A DNA stretch of 64,000 bases from NCBI GenBank assembly GCA_038496445.1, contig JALMLS010000460.1:1-64000 (forward strand), given 5' to 3'. Position numbers and translations under genes: made by a program. Origin of the DNA: Trichosphaerium sp. ATCC 40318 (lineage: Eukaryota; Protista; Tubulinea). The notes below the pieces were generated by a model. It was not told the DNA's origin and made no database searches. It saw only the letters and a list, made by a program, of their open reading frames with translations. This document shows, one piece after another, positions 63,447-64,000 of the stretch (position 1 is the first letter of the stretch; the number at the start of each line of letters is the position of its first letter).

Positions 63447-64000
63447 ATGTTCCGGCGTAAGCAGCTAGTGTTCTTTATTGTTATTGTAGCGCTGATAACT
63501 ATCTTAAACTTGGGATATGTGGCTAGAATGAGCAGAAAAACAGTAGTGGCGCCAAGCCAAGACGTTAAACCTACGAACAGTGATGAAAAAAGTACAGCTG
63601 CAAATTTATCACGTGATATTGATTAAAGTAGGTACAGAAAAGCCTGTTGTCGCAACAGACAAACGTGCAGATGTTATTGAAGAAGTTGCGAAAGAACAAG
63701 AAGTAAAAGAGCCTGTGACGTTACTAGACGCGCTAAGAAACAGAAAAGATGTCGTTCAGCTTATTCTTACAAACTATAAACGAGAGCCAAAATTAAAGTG
63801 CTTGTTTCCTGTTTGTTATATCGTTAAAGCAGTTAATACCTCAGCAACAATAGAAAAAGATAACAAAACCTTACATGAAACGGTACGGAGATTTAAAAAA
63901 TTGTAACAAACACGTGATTTTGACAGCTGCTACCCTATTTAGAAAAAAGTATACACGAACAACTTGATAAGGTTCGCTTTGTTATCTCCTACTACACGTG
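63447..64000 (+). CDS. Type II membrane protein (possible glycosyltransferase-like), 3'-truncated by the window
   Basis: MFRRKQ, a hydrophobic TM and a polar stem, followed by further spliced exons. Confidence 0.5.

Overview
AT-rich eukaryotic genomic DNA with many very short spliceosomal introns (about 26-100 nt), so the ORF track fragments most genes. It is probably from a protist; an amoeboid lineage is plausible but cannot be proven here. No rRNA, tRNA or CRISPR features were found. Positions ~1-57 kb are a dynamic, duplication-rich accessory region. It holds a defective Ty3/Gypsy retrotransposon with 83-bp LTRs, a related 74-bp solo LTR, and five families of non-autonomous DNA transposons (three with CAG ends, one hAT-like, one Kolobok-like). 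It also holds ARF-like and Rac-like GTPase genes, F-box-like genes of three architectures (MORN-variant, LRR, Cys/His-rich), a USP-like protease, and a degenerate (PTTEA)n mucin-like gene. The most notable feature is a set of five Rab-like GTPase paralogs and two RCC1-repeat paralogs. These otherwise unrelated families share one C-terminal cassette: an SK...KFG...L.I...A motif, a VSTxSWxDK motif and a SAM-like domain. This suggests an undescribed, non-prenylated GTPase/RCC1 module coupled through homologous tails. From ~57.3 kb the sequence is compact and single-copy: a DEK-C/SWIB protein, a membrane-anchored TPR + 2OG-Fe(II) oxygenase, a Stum/SPEC3-like protein and others. All gene models were spliced by eye and no database searches were run.
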